A stretch of 64,000 nt of DNA, taken from assembly GCA_964611725.1 (NCBI GenBank), contig CAZTBA010000001.1:1117-65116 (forward strand), given 5' to 3'. Positions 1 through 7,882 of the stretch are shown here, piece by piece (position 1 is the first letter of the stretch; every line of letters begins with the position of its first letter). The position numbers and the translations under genes are program-made. The notes beneath the pieces were generated by a model. That model saw only the letters and a program-made list of their open reading frames with translations. It ran no database searches and was not told where the DNA came from. The DNA is from an uncultured bacterium (lineage in GTDB: Bacteria; Latescibacterota; CAZTBA01).

Positions 1-1042
1 CATCAAGATCATCGAACTGTTTTCGCCCCTTCTTCCTGGCAGGAGTCAACCACAAAATCTCATCTCTTGCCATCTCAAGACGCTCGTTGAGCCCACGACG
101 TGTCTGTCTGGCAAGGGAAAGCGAATAAACCACCAGTATCCTCTCTCGCCAGGACAAAAGCTTACCATCTTGGTATGCCTTTTGAGAACGGGATACCTCA
201 AAACCCAATGCAAAAACCTCCCTATCTCCATTATCAGTTGCCCTATAAAGACGCTGCAAAGGCTGATCCTTGCTCCATACACGATCAAGCAACCCCACCA
301 AAAGATCCGATACCTTTCCCTTTTGAGCCAACGGCATCAGGTAGTAATCTCCACCTGCATGCACATAAACCCTGTTTTCCAAAGATCCCATCTTACAATC
401 CCCAATATACAGCCGCCTACCTTCTCCCAAACTTTTACGCGCTCTACTAATAGCTGGTATATACAACCGATCATCAGCTCTGTCTCCGGATACAACCAAA
501 GTAGCCAACGGCATACCCATAGGATCCAAACTCCCCAACATTACCTTAAACTGGGCAAGGTCAGGACGATGATCTTTACTATGCCCATGACCGAAAAGAG
601 TGCTACCCTCACAATCATGATATACACAAGCTGTGGTGCTATCCACTCGAACAGGACTTCTCTCAAGATTATGCACTACTATCAAACGCTCAGAAAGCTT
701 TCTTTCCACCTCCTCCCAAAGCTTATCATCGCTAAGAAAAACCAATACATCTGCCAGCCTGTCATCAGTGAAGTCCTTGACCTTCACTGCTTGAGGAATA
801 AGTCGCGACAATGTCTCCAGTTGAGCTTCTGCCCAACTCTCCACCTCGCTCATGCGATGGTCAGACTCAGATACTATGTAGCTAAGCCAACAACTCGTAA
901 GCCAACCTACGCTCAATCCCTGACGATTGCCGTGGGCATCTATAAGGCTATCAAGAATCTCCTGGACTCCCATCTGCTGCAGGAAATTAAGCAACAATGG
1001 TACATCATCAATACGCTCTGTATGAATATCTACTCCTGTCAT
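1..1042 (-). mobile_element. IS1634-family (IS4-like, DUF4277-type N-terminus) DDE transposase gene. About the first 347 codons are in the window and the ORF continues past the left edge.
   Basis: Not in the ORF track because it has no in-window stop. Hand translation of the reverse strand from ATG 1042..1040 gives MTGVDIHTERIDDVPLLLNFLQQMGVQEILDSLIDAHGNRQGLSVGWLTSCWLSYIVSESDHRMSEVESWAE...GHGHSKDHRPDLAQFKVMLGSLDPMGMPLATLVVSGDRADDRLYIPAI..., open down to position 1. The stop-free 314-aa + ORF 170..1114 is its antisense shadow. Confidence 0.7.
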
Positions 1043-1151
1043 AATGACAGAAGTCTAATTCATTTCAATTTTCTATGCAACAAAATAAGCGAAAGACAAG
1101 TTAACACTGTTTAAGGAAAATGACATTTTTTTAACAATTGACAGGATGTGG

Positions 1152-1568
1152 TCAGAAAGCTTCCTGAAGAACTCTGCTCCCAGTTCGTTCTCGTTCCCTA
1201 CTTTTCGACCTTATGGCCCTTCTCACGCTGAGAACTATCTTATTGAGATTAAAAGGCTTGGTTATGTAATCGTAAGCACCAAGCTCCAAAGCATAGACAG
1301 CAAATTCAGCCGCCACAAAACCTGTTATCACGATAACCGGGACACCTTTCAGCAGTGTCCTGGTGTTCCTTAAGACCTCTATCCCACTGATATCAGGGAG
1401 CCCTATATCCGTTATGACCAAAGAGAAATTTTTTTCCTTCATAAGATCAACTGCTTCTAACCCGCTCGATGCAGTTGACACCCTGTACCCTTCCGATATT
1501 AAAAGCTGAGAGAGAAGGTCACGTATGTAAGGTTCATCATCTATCATCAGGATAGATTCTTCAGACAT
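1152..1568 (-). CDS. single-domain response regulator (CheY-like receiver)
   Basis: MIDDEPYIR...LVITDIGLPDISG...YDYITKPF: acidic pocket, phospho-acceptor Asp and conserved Lys of the REC fold. Overlaps the end of the upstream GGDEF gene by 22 nt. Confidence 0.85.
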   Translation of the reverse strand: MSEESILMIDDEPYIRDLLSQLLISEGYRVSTASSGLEAVDLMKEKNFSLVITDIGLPDISGIEVLRNTRTLLKGVPVIVITGFVAAEFAVYALELGAYDYITKPFNLNKIVLSVRRAIRSKSRERERTGSRVLQEAF

Positions 1569-3034
1569 CTCTCACTTCCTTGCATATAGTTTTTCCTTAC
1601 CTTTGGGTGCAGACATGTCCTGTTTCCCCCATTTCTCTTAGCTTGGTAGAGTGCCTCATCCGCCTTTATACAAAGCTGATCGGCGGATGTGCCATCCTCA
1701 GGGAATACTGAAGCACCAAAGCTCGCAGTAACATCTTTTATCTCAGACTTCATGCCCCTGAAAATGTATCTCTCTATCGCTTCTCTTATAGCCTCAGCCC
1801 TTTGACGATTTTTCCTGATATCGAACTCCGGTAGTATTATAACAAACTCCTCACCCCCATATCTCGCCACTATATCCATCGGTCTCACATTGCTTCGAAG
1901 CACTTCGGTAAGGCCTTTCAGAACCATATCACCGTCCTGATGACCATAAGTGTCATTCAATTTCTTGAAGTGATCTACATCAGCCATAAGGATCGAGAAC
2001 TTCCTGCCTGTCCTCGATGCCCGGGTTATCTCCTCTATAAGCCTCTTCCTGAAATACCTGTAGTTGTAAAGACCTGTCATCTCATCGGTTATAGCCATCT
2101 GCTCAGTCTTCAGATAAAGCTCTATGTTTTCTATGATGACAGCAGACTGTCCGGCAAGGAGTGTGAGAAGCTCGAGATCATCCCGGGTATAAGGCTTTTC
2201 AAGCGAGTTACCGACGACTATAACACAGCTATGTCCTTCTTCATCAGAGTATTGCGAAACCATAGCACCGGAGATTTCCAGCTTCGAGAGGATATCTTTG
2301 ATCTGCTGAGAATTAGAAATGGTAAGATAGTCTTCCCTATTAAGTACCTTTGGACTAGATTTGGCATCTATAAGGGCAGCAAGACGGAGAGTCGCTGCTA
2401 CGATCCCTCTCGACCCAGAATCTGTTTTTACACTGTTAGCATAGCCCCTTTGCCCTATGAGGTTCCAGTTCTTATCCTTTGTATATATGAAAATTCCTCT
2501 ATCCATATCGATGTTCTGTTCAAGGTAACCAAGCAATCCATCGCCAGCTCTGTGGAGATCGTGTACGGAGCTCAGATGGTTCGCCATCTTAGAGAGTGAT
2601 ACTAAGGAATCGACCTTTTTGGTTATCTGGGTGTTTACTTGCTTTATCTTACTTTCATATTCTTCTACCTCCCGCATCTTCTCCTTGAGCATCGATGAGA
2701 GGCTGTCAAGTGAGCTGCCAATTTCTTCGATCTCGTCCCCGGGAAAAGATCCGTTCCGCAGCAGTCCTTCCTGAGAGACAGCTTTCTTTGCGTTTTCCCT
2801 TAGCTCAAGGAGCATCTTTGCCACTTCCTGCAAGAGCTTATATCCAAGAAGGGAAAGGAGCATTGCTGCACCCACAAGGAAAACAGTCTCTGCAGAGATC
2901 TGCTTTTCCCCCCGAAGATCAACGATTATATAGGTGAAGATAAGCATAGGTATAAGCGAAACAAGCACATATATTATCCCTACCTTCTTCAGAAACCTCT
3001 GGGATCTTATCGAGAGCGAATTTTTAAATCCCAT
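1547..3034 (-). CDS. membrane-anchored diguanylate cyclase (TM / coiled coil / GAF-like / GGDEF)
   Basis: C-terminus reads TGLYNYRYF...ADVDHFKKLNDTYGHQDGD...RYGGEEFVIILPE (GGEEF active site). Hydrophobic N-terminus VGIIYVLVSLIPMLIFTYIIV. Start taken at ATG 3034 (MGFKNSL), which aligns with the paralogous start at 5871. Confidence 0.85.
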   Translation of the reverse strand: MGFKNSLSIRSQRFLKKVGIIYVLVSLIPMLIFTYIIVDLRGEKQISAETVFLVGAAMLLSLLGYKLLQEVAKMLLELRENAKKAVSQEGLLRNGSFPGDEIEEIGSSLDSLSSMLKEKMREVEEYESKIKQVNTQITKKVDSLVSLSKMANHLSSVHDLHRAGDGLLGYLEQNIDMDRGIFIYTKDKNWNLIGQRGYANSVKTDSGSRGIVAATLRLAALIDAKSSPKVLNREDYLTISNSQQIKDILSKLEISGAMVSQYSDEEGHSCVIVVGNSLEKPYTRDDLELLTLLAGQSAVIIENIELYLKTEQMAITDEMTGLYNYRYFRKRLIEEITRASRTGRKFSILMADVDHFKKLNDTYGHQDGDMVLKGLTEVLRSNVRPMDIVARYGGEEFVIILPEFDIRKNRQRAEAIREAIERYIFRGMKSEIKDVTASFGASVFPEDGTSADQLCIKADEALYQAKRNGGNRTCLHPKVRKNYMQGSERCLKNLS

Positions 3035-3512
3035 TCTTCTTTCCCCCATGAGCTCTGTAAGTTGAGCTTTTGGTTTTCTCCAGTTCCTCTATATATGCAA
3101 GGGTGCGTTCCAATTCTCCTTCAAGGTGTCTTACCCTCAAAAGACACCTCACGCGAGTTAGAAGTTCCACCGTATCGAATGGTTTCGATATGAAATCATC
3201 GGCTCCGGCCCCAACACCCTTCTCCTTCGCCCCTGTTGCTCCAAGTGCTGTCACCATAAGGACAGGGGTCGATCTGATAAGCTTATCTTTCTTTATCGCT
3301 ATGCAGACCTGATATCCGTCGATCCCAGGCATCATTACATCAAGGATAATGAGGTCTGGGAGCCACTTCTTGGCAAGCTCAATGGCTTCCCTACCGCTAT
3401 CTACCACCCTTATATCATAGCCCTCGTCCCTGAGATATTTTCCGAGGAGCTCGGTCACACGGATCTCATCATCCACAACGAGGACCTTTGCTCTTTCGTG
3501 ACTTCCAAACAT
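3024..3512 (-). CDS. response regulator (receiver plus short coiled C-terminal tail)
   Basis: KVLVVDDE...LIILDVMMPGIDG...DDFISKPF. Start set at ATG 3512 with GGAGG 8 nt upstream. The track start at 3542 is a TTG. Confidence 0.8.
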   Translation of the reverse strand: MFGSHERAKVLVVDDEIRVTELLGKYLRDEGYDIRVVDSGREAIELAKKWLPDLIILDVMMPGIDGYQVCIAIKKDKLIRSTPVLMVTALGATGAKEKGVGAGADDFISKPFDTVELLTRVRCLLRVRHLEGELERTLAYIEELEKTKSSTYRAHGGKKNGI

Positions 3513-3837
3513 GGGTCTACCTCCTGTAAGCTTCTCCCACAAGTGAGCTCCCAGGTCCTGAAAGCTGCCTCCAAGGCTGCCTTTATCTCACCTATCCCTC
3601 TGGAATACGTCAGGGATTTCTCCTATTCACTTCACTGAAGTTACGAACCTGTCGAAAAATTGCCTCTGAAGTTTTTTCCCCTTACTAAGGTGAGTCTCCT
3701 ACGCTTTTATCTAACCAATGTGGTGCTGGTTTGACAGCAACGTGAGATTTGACCAGGCTGTTGTTACATCCTCGACAAGGAGGTGGGCCTCATGGCCGCA
3801 TGTTAGCCAGTACCATTGGTTTCTACATTCTGGTTAT

Positions 3838-5871
3838 TTAGCTTTGCTCTATAGCCTCTCTAACTGCTCGAAGTAAATCAGCTAAGAAGTAAGGCTTCTG
3901 TATAAATCGAAACCCCCTTTCGCGTATGATAGGCCACTGAGATTTATCGTCTGTGTAGCCACTGCTAAATAGCACCCGAAGTCCCCCATTGCGAGAAAGG
4001 AGTTCATCAACCAATTTAAGACCACCTCTATCCGGCAAAACCACATCGCTTAAAACCAAGTGGAACTTTCCCTTTTCTCTCTCAAAGATATTTAGTGCCT
4101 CTTCTGTATTTGAAGCCCCCAACACGACGTAGCCGTTTTCACTAAGCGCACCCATGGCAAATTCACGGACTCCTTTCTCATCCTCCACAAGCAGAATCCG
4201 CTCACCATCGCCCTGAAGCCCTCCCAACGAAACCACCTCTTTAGGCTCATCTTCGGGCTTTGCGGAAACGGCTGGTAGATAGACCTTGAATGACGAGCCC
4301 TGCTCGGACTCACTGTAAACATTTATCCAACCTTTGTGCTCTTTGACAATGCCATAGACAACAGATAGGCCAAGCCCGCTACCTCTTCCCATCTCCTTGG
4401 TGCTGAAAAAAGGTTCGAAGATATTCTTAATGATCTCTTTATCCATGCCCACTCCCGTATCCTCAACCGATAGACAGACAAACTTGCCGGGATGTGCATA
4501 ACTGTAAGTTTCGCAGTAATCCTCATCTATATACACATTCTTGGTCTTGATTGTAACCTTGCCACCTTCAGGCATGGCATCTCTGGCATTGACAGACAGA
4601 TTCATTATCACCTGCTCAAGATTTCCTGCGTCAGCTGAGACTGTCCAAAGATCAGGCTCCAATTCGGTGTTAATGACAATGTTCTCACCAATAAGGCGAT
4701 CGAGCATCTTCAGCAGATCCTCAACCGATTTGTTGATGTCAAGCGGGGTAAATTCCATCGGTTGCCTGCGGCTGAAAAGGAGCAGTTGACGGGTGAGGTT
4801 AGCTGCGCGCACAGAAGACTCACGCACTATCTTCAGGTCTCTATACAGAGGATCTACCTCATCTATTTTCATTATCGCCATATCGGTATAACCTTGGATG
4901 GCGGTCAGCAGGTTGTTGAAATCATGTGCAACCCCCCCAGCCAATGTCCCAATAGCTTCCATTTTCTGAGACTGGAGAAGCTGAGCCTGTAGCTTTTCTT
5001 TCTCTTCCTCTGCCCACTTGTACTCGGTAATGTCACGGCTCATGCCCACAAGCCCCACGATTTTACTGTCACTATCCTGCAAAGGCACTTTGGTGGTTAA
5101 AAACCACCTCCTTCTACCTGTCTGATCCATCACCAGTTCCTCCCGATTGAGCAAAGGTTGGCCCGACCGAATAACCTCCCGTTCGTCGGCATAATACTGC
5201 TCTGCCAGTTCCCGTGGGAAAAGGTCAAAGTCCGTCTTGCCAATGACCTCCTCCAGTGTCTCAGCGCCGAGTGTCTGGAGATGAGCGGTGTTGGTTGTGA
5301 TGAGTCGGTTCTTTGTATCTTTGATAAAGATGTGACAATCTGGCAAGTTGTCTATCAGAGTGCGTAGCAGGTTACGCTCCTTCGCCAGCTCCTCCCCTGT
5401 CTCCTTGCGTTCGTTTATTTCCTGTCGCAATTCTTTCGTTCGTTTTTCTACCTTTTCTTCTAATGCTTTACTATATGCTTCGAGTTCGGCTCTGTTTTGT
5501 TTCAGTTCCCACATCTTCTCCTTGAGCATCGATGAGAGGCTGTCAAGTGAGCTACCGATCTCGCCGATCTCGTCCTCAGGAGGAGATCCAGCCTGGGATA
5601 GCTTTTCTTCGGGGACGATCTTCCTTGCGCTTTCCCTGAGCCCAAGAAGCGCCTTAGCTATTTCCTGCAAGAGCTTATATCCAAGAAGGGAAAGGAGCAT
5701 TGCTGCACCCACAAGGAAAACAGTCTCTGCAGAGATCTGCTTTTCCCCCCGAAGATCAACGATTATATAGGTGAAGATAAGCATAGGTATAAGCGAAACA
5801 AGCACATATATTATCCCTACCTTCTTCAGAAACCTCTGGGATCTTATCGAAAGCGAGCTTTTAAATCCCAT
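3838..5871 (-). CDS. hybrid sensor histidine kinase (TM / coiled coil / PAS / HisKA / HATPase_c / REC)
   Basis: H-box GGVAHDFNNLL; N, G1 and G2 boxes (NLSVNARDAMPEGG, DTGVGMD, GSGLGLS); C-terminal receiver ILLVEDE...LVLSDVVLPD...IQKPY. The first ~120 aa are shared with the GGDEF protein at 1547..3034. Confidence 0.9.
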   Translation of the reverse strand: MGFKSSLSIRSQRFLKKVGIIYVLVSLIPMLIFTYIIVDLRGEKQISAETVFLVGAAMLLSLLGYKLLQEIAKALLGLRESARKIVPEEKLSQAGSPPEDEIGEIGSSLDSLSSMLKEKMWELKQNRAELEAYSKALEEKVEKRTKELRQEINERKETGEELAKERNLLRTLIDNLPDCHIFIKDTKNRLITTNTAHLQTLGAETLEEVIGKTDFDLFPRELAEQYYADEREVIRSGQPLLNREELVMDQTGRRRWFLTTKVPLQDSDSKIVGLVGMSRDITEYKWAEEEKEKLQAQLLQSQKMEAIGTLAGGVAHDFNNLLTAIQGYTDMAIMKIDEVDPLYRDLKIVRESSVRAANLTRQLLLFSRRQPMEFTPLDINKSVEDLLKMLDRLIGENIVINTELEPDLWTVSADAGNLEQVIMNLSVNARDAMPEGGKVTIKTKNVYIDEDYCETYSYAHPGKFVCLSVEDTGVGMDKEIIKNIFEPFFSTKEMGRGSGLGLSVVYGIVKEHKGWINVYSESEQGSSFKVYLPAVSAKPEDEPKEVVSLGGLQGDGERILLVEDEKGVREFAMGALSENGYVVLGASNTEEALNIFEREKGKFHLVLSDVVLPDRGGLKLVDELLSRNGGLRVLFSSGYTDDKSQWPIIRERGFRFIQKPYFLADLLRAVREAIEQS

Positions 5872-5879
5872 ATTGGCCC

Positions 5880-6020
5880 TCCCTCCAACCTCCTTAAGTT
5901 GAACTCTTGGTTTTCTTCAGTTCCTCTATATATTGCAAAAGTGCGTTCCAGCTCCCCCTCAAGATATCTAACCTTCAGTAGACACTTCACACGGGTCAGA
6001 AACCCCACAGTATCAAATGC
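5880..6020 (-). pseudogene. 3' remnant of a response-regulator gene, paralogous to 3024..3512
   Basis: DNA 5880-6020 aligns by eye with 3045-3190, the RR C-terminus (..FDTVELLTRVRCLLRVRHLEGELERT..). It carries a 1-bp indel (atatatTgcaaaag versus atatatgcaagg). Homology stops abruptly at ~6020. Confidence 0.6.
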
Positions 6021-6026
6021 TGAACT

Positions 6027-6422
6027 TCAGACAGGAGTTCGGACATAACTGAATCTGAAGTGTTTCATAATAGTCAAAGCCTTTATAAGAGCGAACTCCC
6101 TCACTCCAAGAAGGGGTATACAAAATAAGATAAGTAGAAGAGATATCATCTTTTCTGCATTTATTCTCTTTTTGGATATGATCTTCCTAAGACCAAGTTT
6201 ATCCTTTCCATCTTTGAAAGACTGATCCATTTTCATCCTCTTTTTGTAAAAGCTTAGTTCTTTATCTAAATCTTGCATGCTTGTCATAACAACAAGAGGT
6301 GTTCTGTGACCTACAGAGCTTATGGCTATGATATTGACTTTGATCTTACCTTTGTATAAGACCCCAACAAACTTCTTTTCTTCCCCCTCCTTTAGCCATC
6401 TAAGTTCATCACTTATATCCAC
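6027..6422 (-). CDS. hypothetical protein in an AT-rich segment, with one hydrophobic stretch
   Basis: ORF only. No motif recognised. Composition differs visibly from its neighbours. Confidence 0.3.
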   Translation of the reverse strand: MDISDELRWLKEGEEKKFVGVLYKGKIKVNIIAISSVGHRTPLVVMTSMQDLDKELSFYKKRMKMDQSFKDGKDKLGLRKIISKKRINAEKMISLLLILFCIPLLGVREFALIKALTIMKHFRFSYVRTPV

Positions 6423-6438
6423 TAATCTACTATCACCT

Positions 6439-6666
6439 CTATCTATAGTATAGCTTTACCCCACTTTCCAGATTCAACATTACGAAGTTTATCTCCTCAT
6501 CAAAGAGAAACTTCAAAAACTCCTCGCTGCTTAACTCCCTATCAAAGACTAAAGCCCTTTCTCCTATAAGATCCTTCATATGCTTAAAACTATCCTCATA
6601 CTCGAGATTCCTTGATGTCAAATCATCTGATATAGTCCTAGAAAAAAGCATACTCCAAAATGGCAA
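6439..6666 (-). CDS. hypothetical protein (AT-rich segment)
   Basis: ORF only. An upstream 54-codon ORF (6700-6860) in another frame may be a frameshifted N-terminus. Confidence 0.25.
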   Translation of the reverse strand: MPFWSMLFSRTISDDLTSRNLEYEDSFKHMKDLIGERALVFDRELSSEEFLKFLFDEEINFVMLNLESGVKLYYR

Positions 6667-6866
6667 GGCTCTTCCAGAATACGGTGTGGCTAAATTCAGA
6701 AGCCAAAAACCTCTCCTTTTAGCTTCCCAACATAACCTGTCTTCTCTGCCTCTGGCCTTTCTAATTCTGTTACATCTCCTATTACTATCTTTGAATCACT
6801 ATTGAAAAAGCGAAAAAGAAGATCCCTCACATCGACATCCTTTAAAAACCTCTGGACCATGGAGAA

Positions 6867-7190
6867 CTATCTACCTTGATCTGGACCTTCAGCATATGAG
6901 TCTTCTAGCCTCGCTAGTCTCTCCTCGATCTTGGACAGGGAATCCGCTGTCTGTTCTTCATGAGCCTGTGAGTTAAAGATTGGGTTGTTTACCCACCAAT
7001 CCATGCCCATTTCCTTAGCTTTATCTACAGAGCAGATGACCAGACGAATTTGTATGGTCAGCAGCTCTATGTCCACCAACTTAATCTTGATATCACCTGC
7101 AATAACGACCCCCTTGTCCAGTACACGTTCGAGCAGGTCTGCCAAATTCGTGCTTTCGATTGAATGTTGGGTGGCGCGTTGAATTGCCAT
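6867..7190 (-). CDS. gvpJ: gas vesicle protein, GvpA/J/M family (GvpJ-like)
   Basis: LADLLERVLDKGVVIAGDIKIKLVDIELLTIQIRLVICSVDKAKEMGMDWW is the GvpA-fold core with the GvpJ-type DWW extension. Confidence 0.85.
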   Translation of the reverse strand: MAIQRATQHSIESTNLADLLERVLDKGVVIAGDIKIKLVDIELLTIQIRLVICSVDKAKEMGMDWWVNNPIFNSQAHEEQTADSLSKIEERLARLEDSYAEGPDQGR

Positions 7191-7202
7191 TTTGAGCTCT
7201 CC

Positions 7203-7574
7203 TCACAGTAATTTTCCTAGAGGACCAAGGTCGAGATTAAGATCCTCATCTTCCAGACCGAATTCTTTCCGGAGTCTCTCGATTTCCTGGGCCTGCCTCA
7301 TCAGTGTCACTCCGAGCCTCTCAATATCGGCATCACTGAGGTATCCAGCTTCGATGCGTCGGATTGCTTGACGCTCCAGAAGTTCATGAAGAAGTTTCAC
7401 AAGAGTCAGAACCAGTTGTCCAAGTCCATTCTTTACATCATCCTGATCAAGGTTCAACCGGGTCACCTCTTCACCTGTAGACTGTCGGGACAGAGCATTG
7501 GCGTCCCTTTGCATCACTCTAGCAAAGTCACTCATGGACTCAGATTCTACCCTACACCGTTCGTCTATATTCAT
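7203..7574 (-). CDS. gvpK: gas vesicle protein K
   Basis: GLGQLVLTLVKLLHELLERQAIRRIEAGYLSDADIERLG...EDLNLDLGPLGKLL matches the GvpK signature. Confidence 0.85.
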   Translation of the reverse strand: MNIDERCRVESESMSDFARVMQRDANALSRQSTGEEVTRLNLDQDDVKNGLGQLVLTLVKLLHELLERQAIRRIEAGYLSDADIERLGVTLMRQAQEIERLRKEFGLEDEDLNLDLGPLGKLL

Positions 7575-7672
7575 TGATCAGCTCCTTTGGTATACAGGGA
7601 CATCGTGCAAGATCACTTTTCTGATGCGAAATAACAAATTTGGAGCTTGGAATCATTTGATATTCGGCATTT

Positions 7673-7882
7673 TCAACCAATATCCCGCATTTCTACCGGG
7701 GCCTTTATTTCACGAGCGGTTTCTATAGAAGTGATTACGATCTGTAGCCCTAGGTAGACCAGGTCAATGTTGGCGACTGAAATAGTCACTTCCCCAACTA
7801 CCACAGCCCCCTTGTTAAGGATACGGTCAAGTGCCTCGCAAAGCGAGGCATGTTCAATATCATCGAATGAAAGATCATGCAT
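7673..7882 (-). CDS. small GvpA/J/M-family gas vesicle protein (GvpM/S/A2-like, 69 aa)
   Basis: SLCEALDRILNKGAVVVGEVTISVANIDLVYLGLQIVITSIETAREI. Start moved to ATG 7882 (GAGGGA 7 nt upstream, 4 nt after the ArsA stop). The track start 7936 has no SD. Confidence 0.75.
   Translation of the reverse strand: MHDLSFDDIEHASLCEALDRILNKGAVVVGEVTISVANIDLVYLGLQIVITSIETAREIKAPVEMRDIG

Noticed and set aside
170-1114. 314-aa + strand ORF, the longest + ORF at the left end
   Set aside because: The sequence is low-complexity and motif-free. It is exactly antisense to a stop-free reverse-strand frame encoding a recognisable IS1634-like transposase.
3795-3810. Weak sigma54-like TGGCTA-N5-CGGC upstream of the receiver/GGDEF operon
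   Set aside because: The -12 box is poor (CGGC versus TTGC) and there is nothing else to support it.
6660-6860. 54-codon ORF that might join the 75-aa ORF 6439..6666 through a frameshift
   Set aside because: There is no recognisable family to validate the joined product. It is recorded only as a note under the AT-rich segment.
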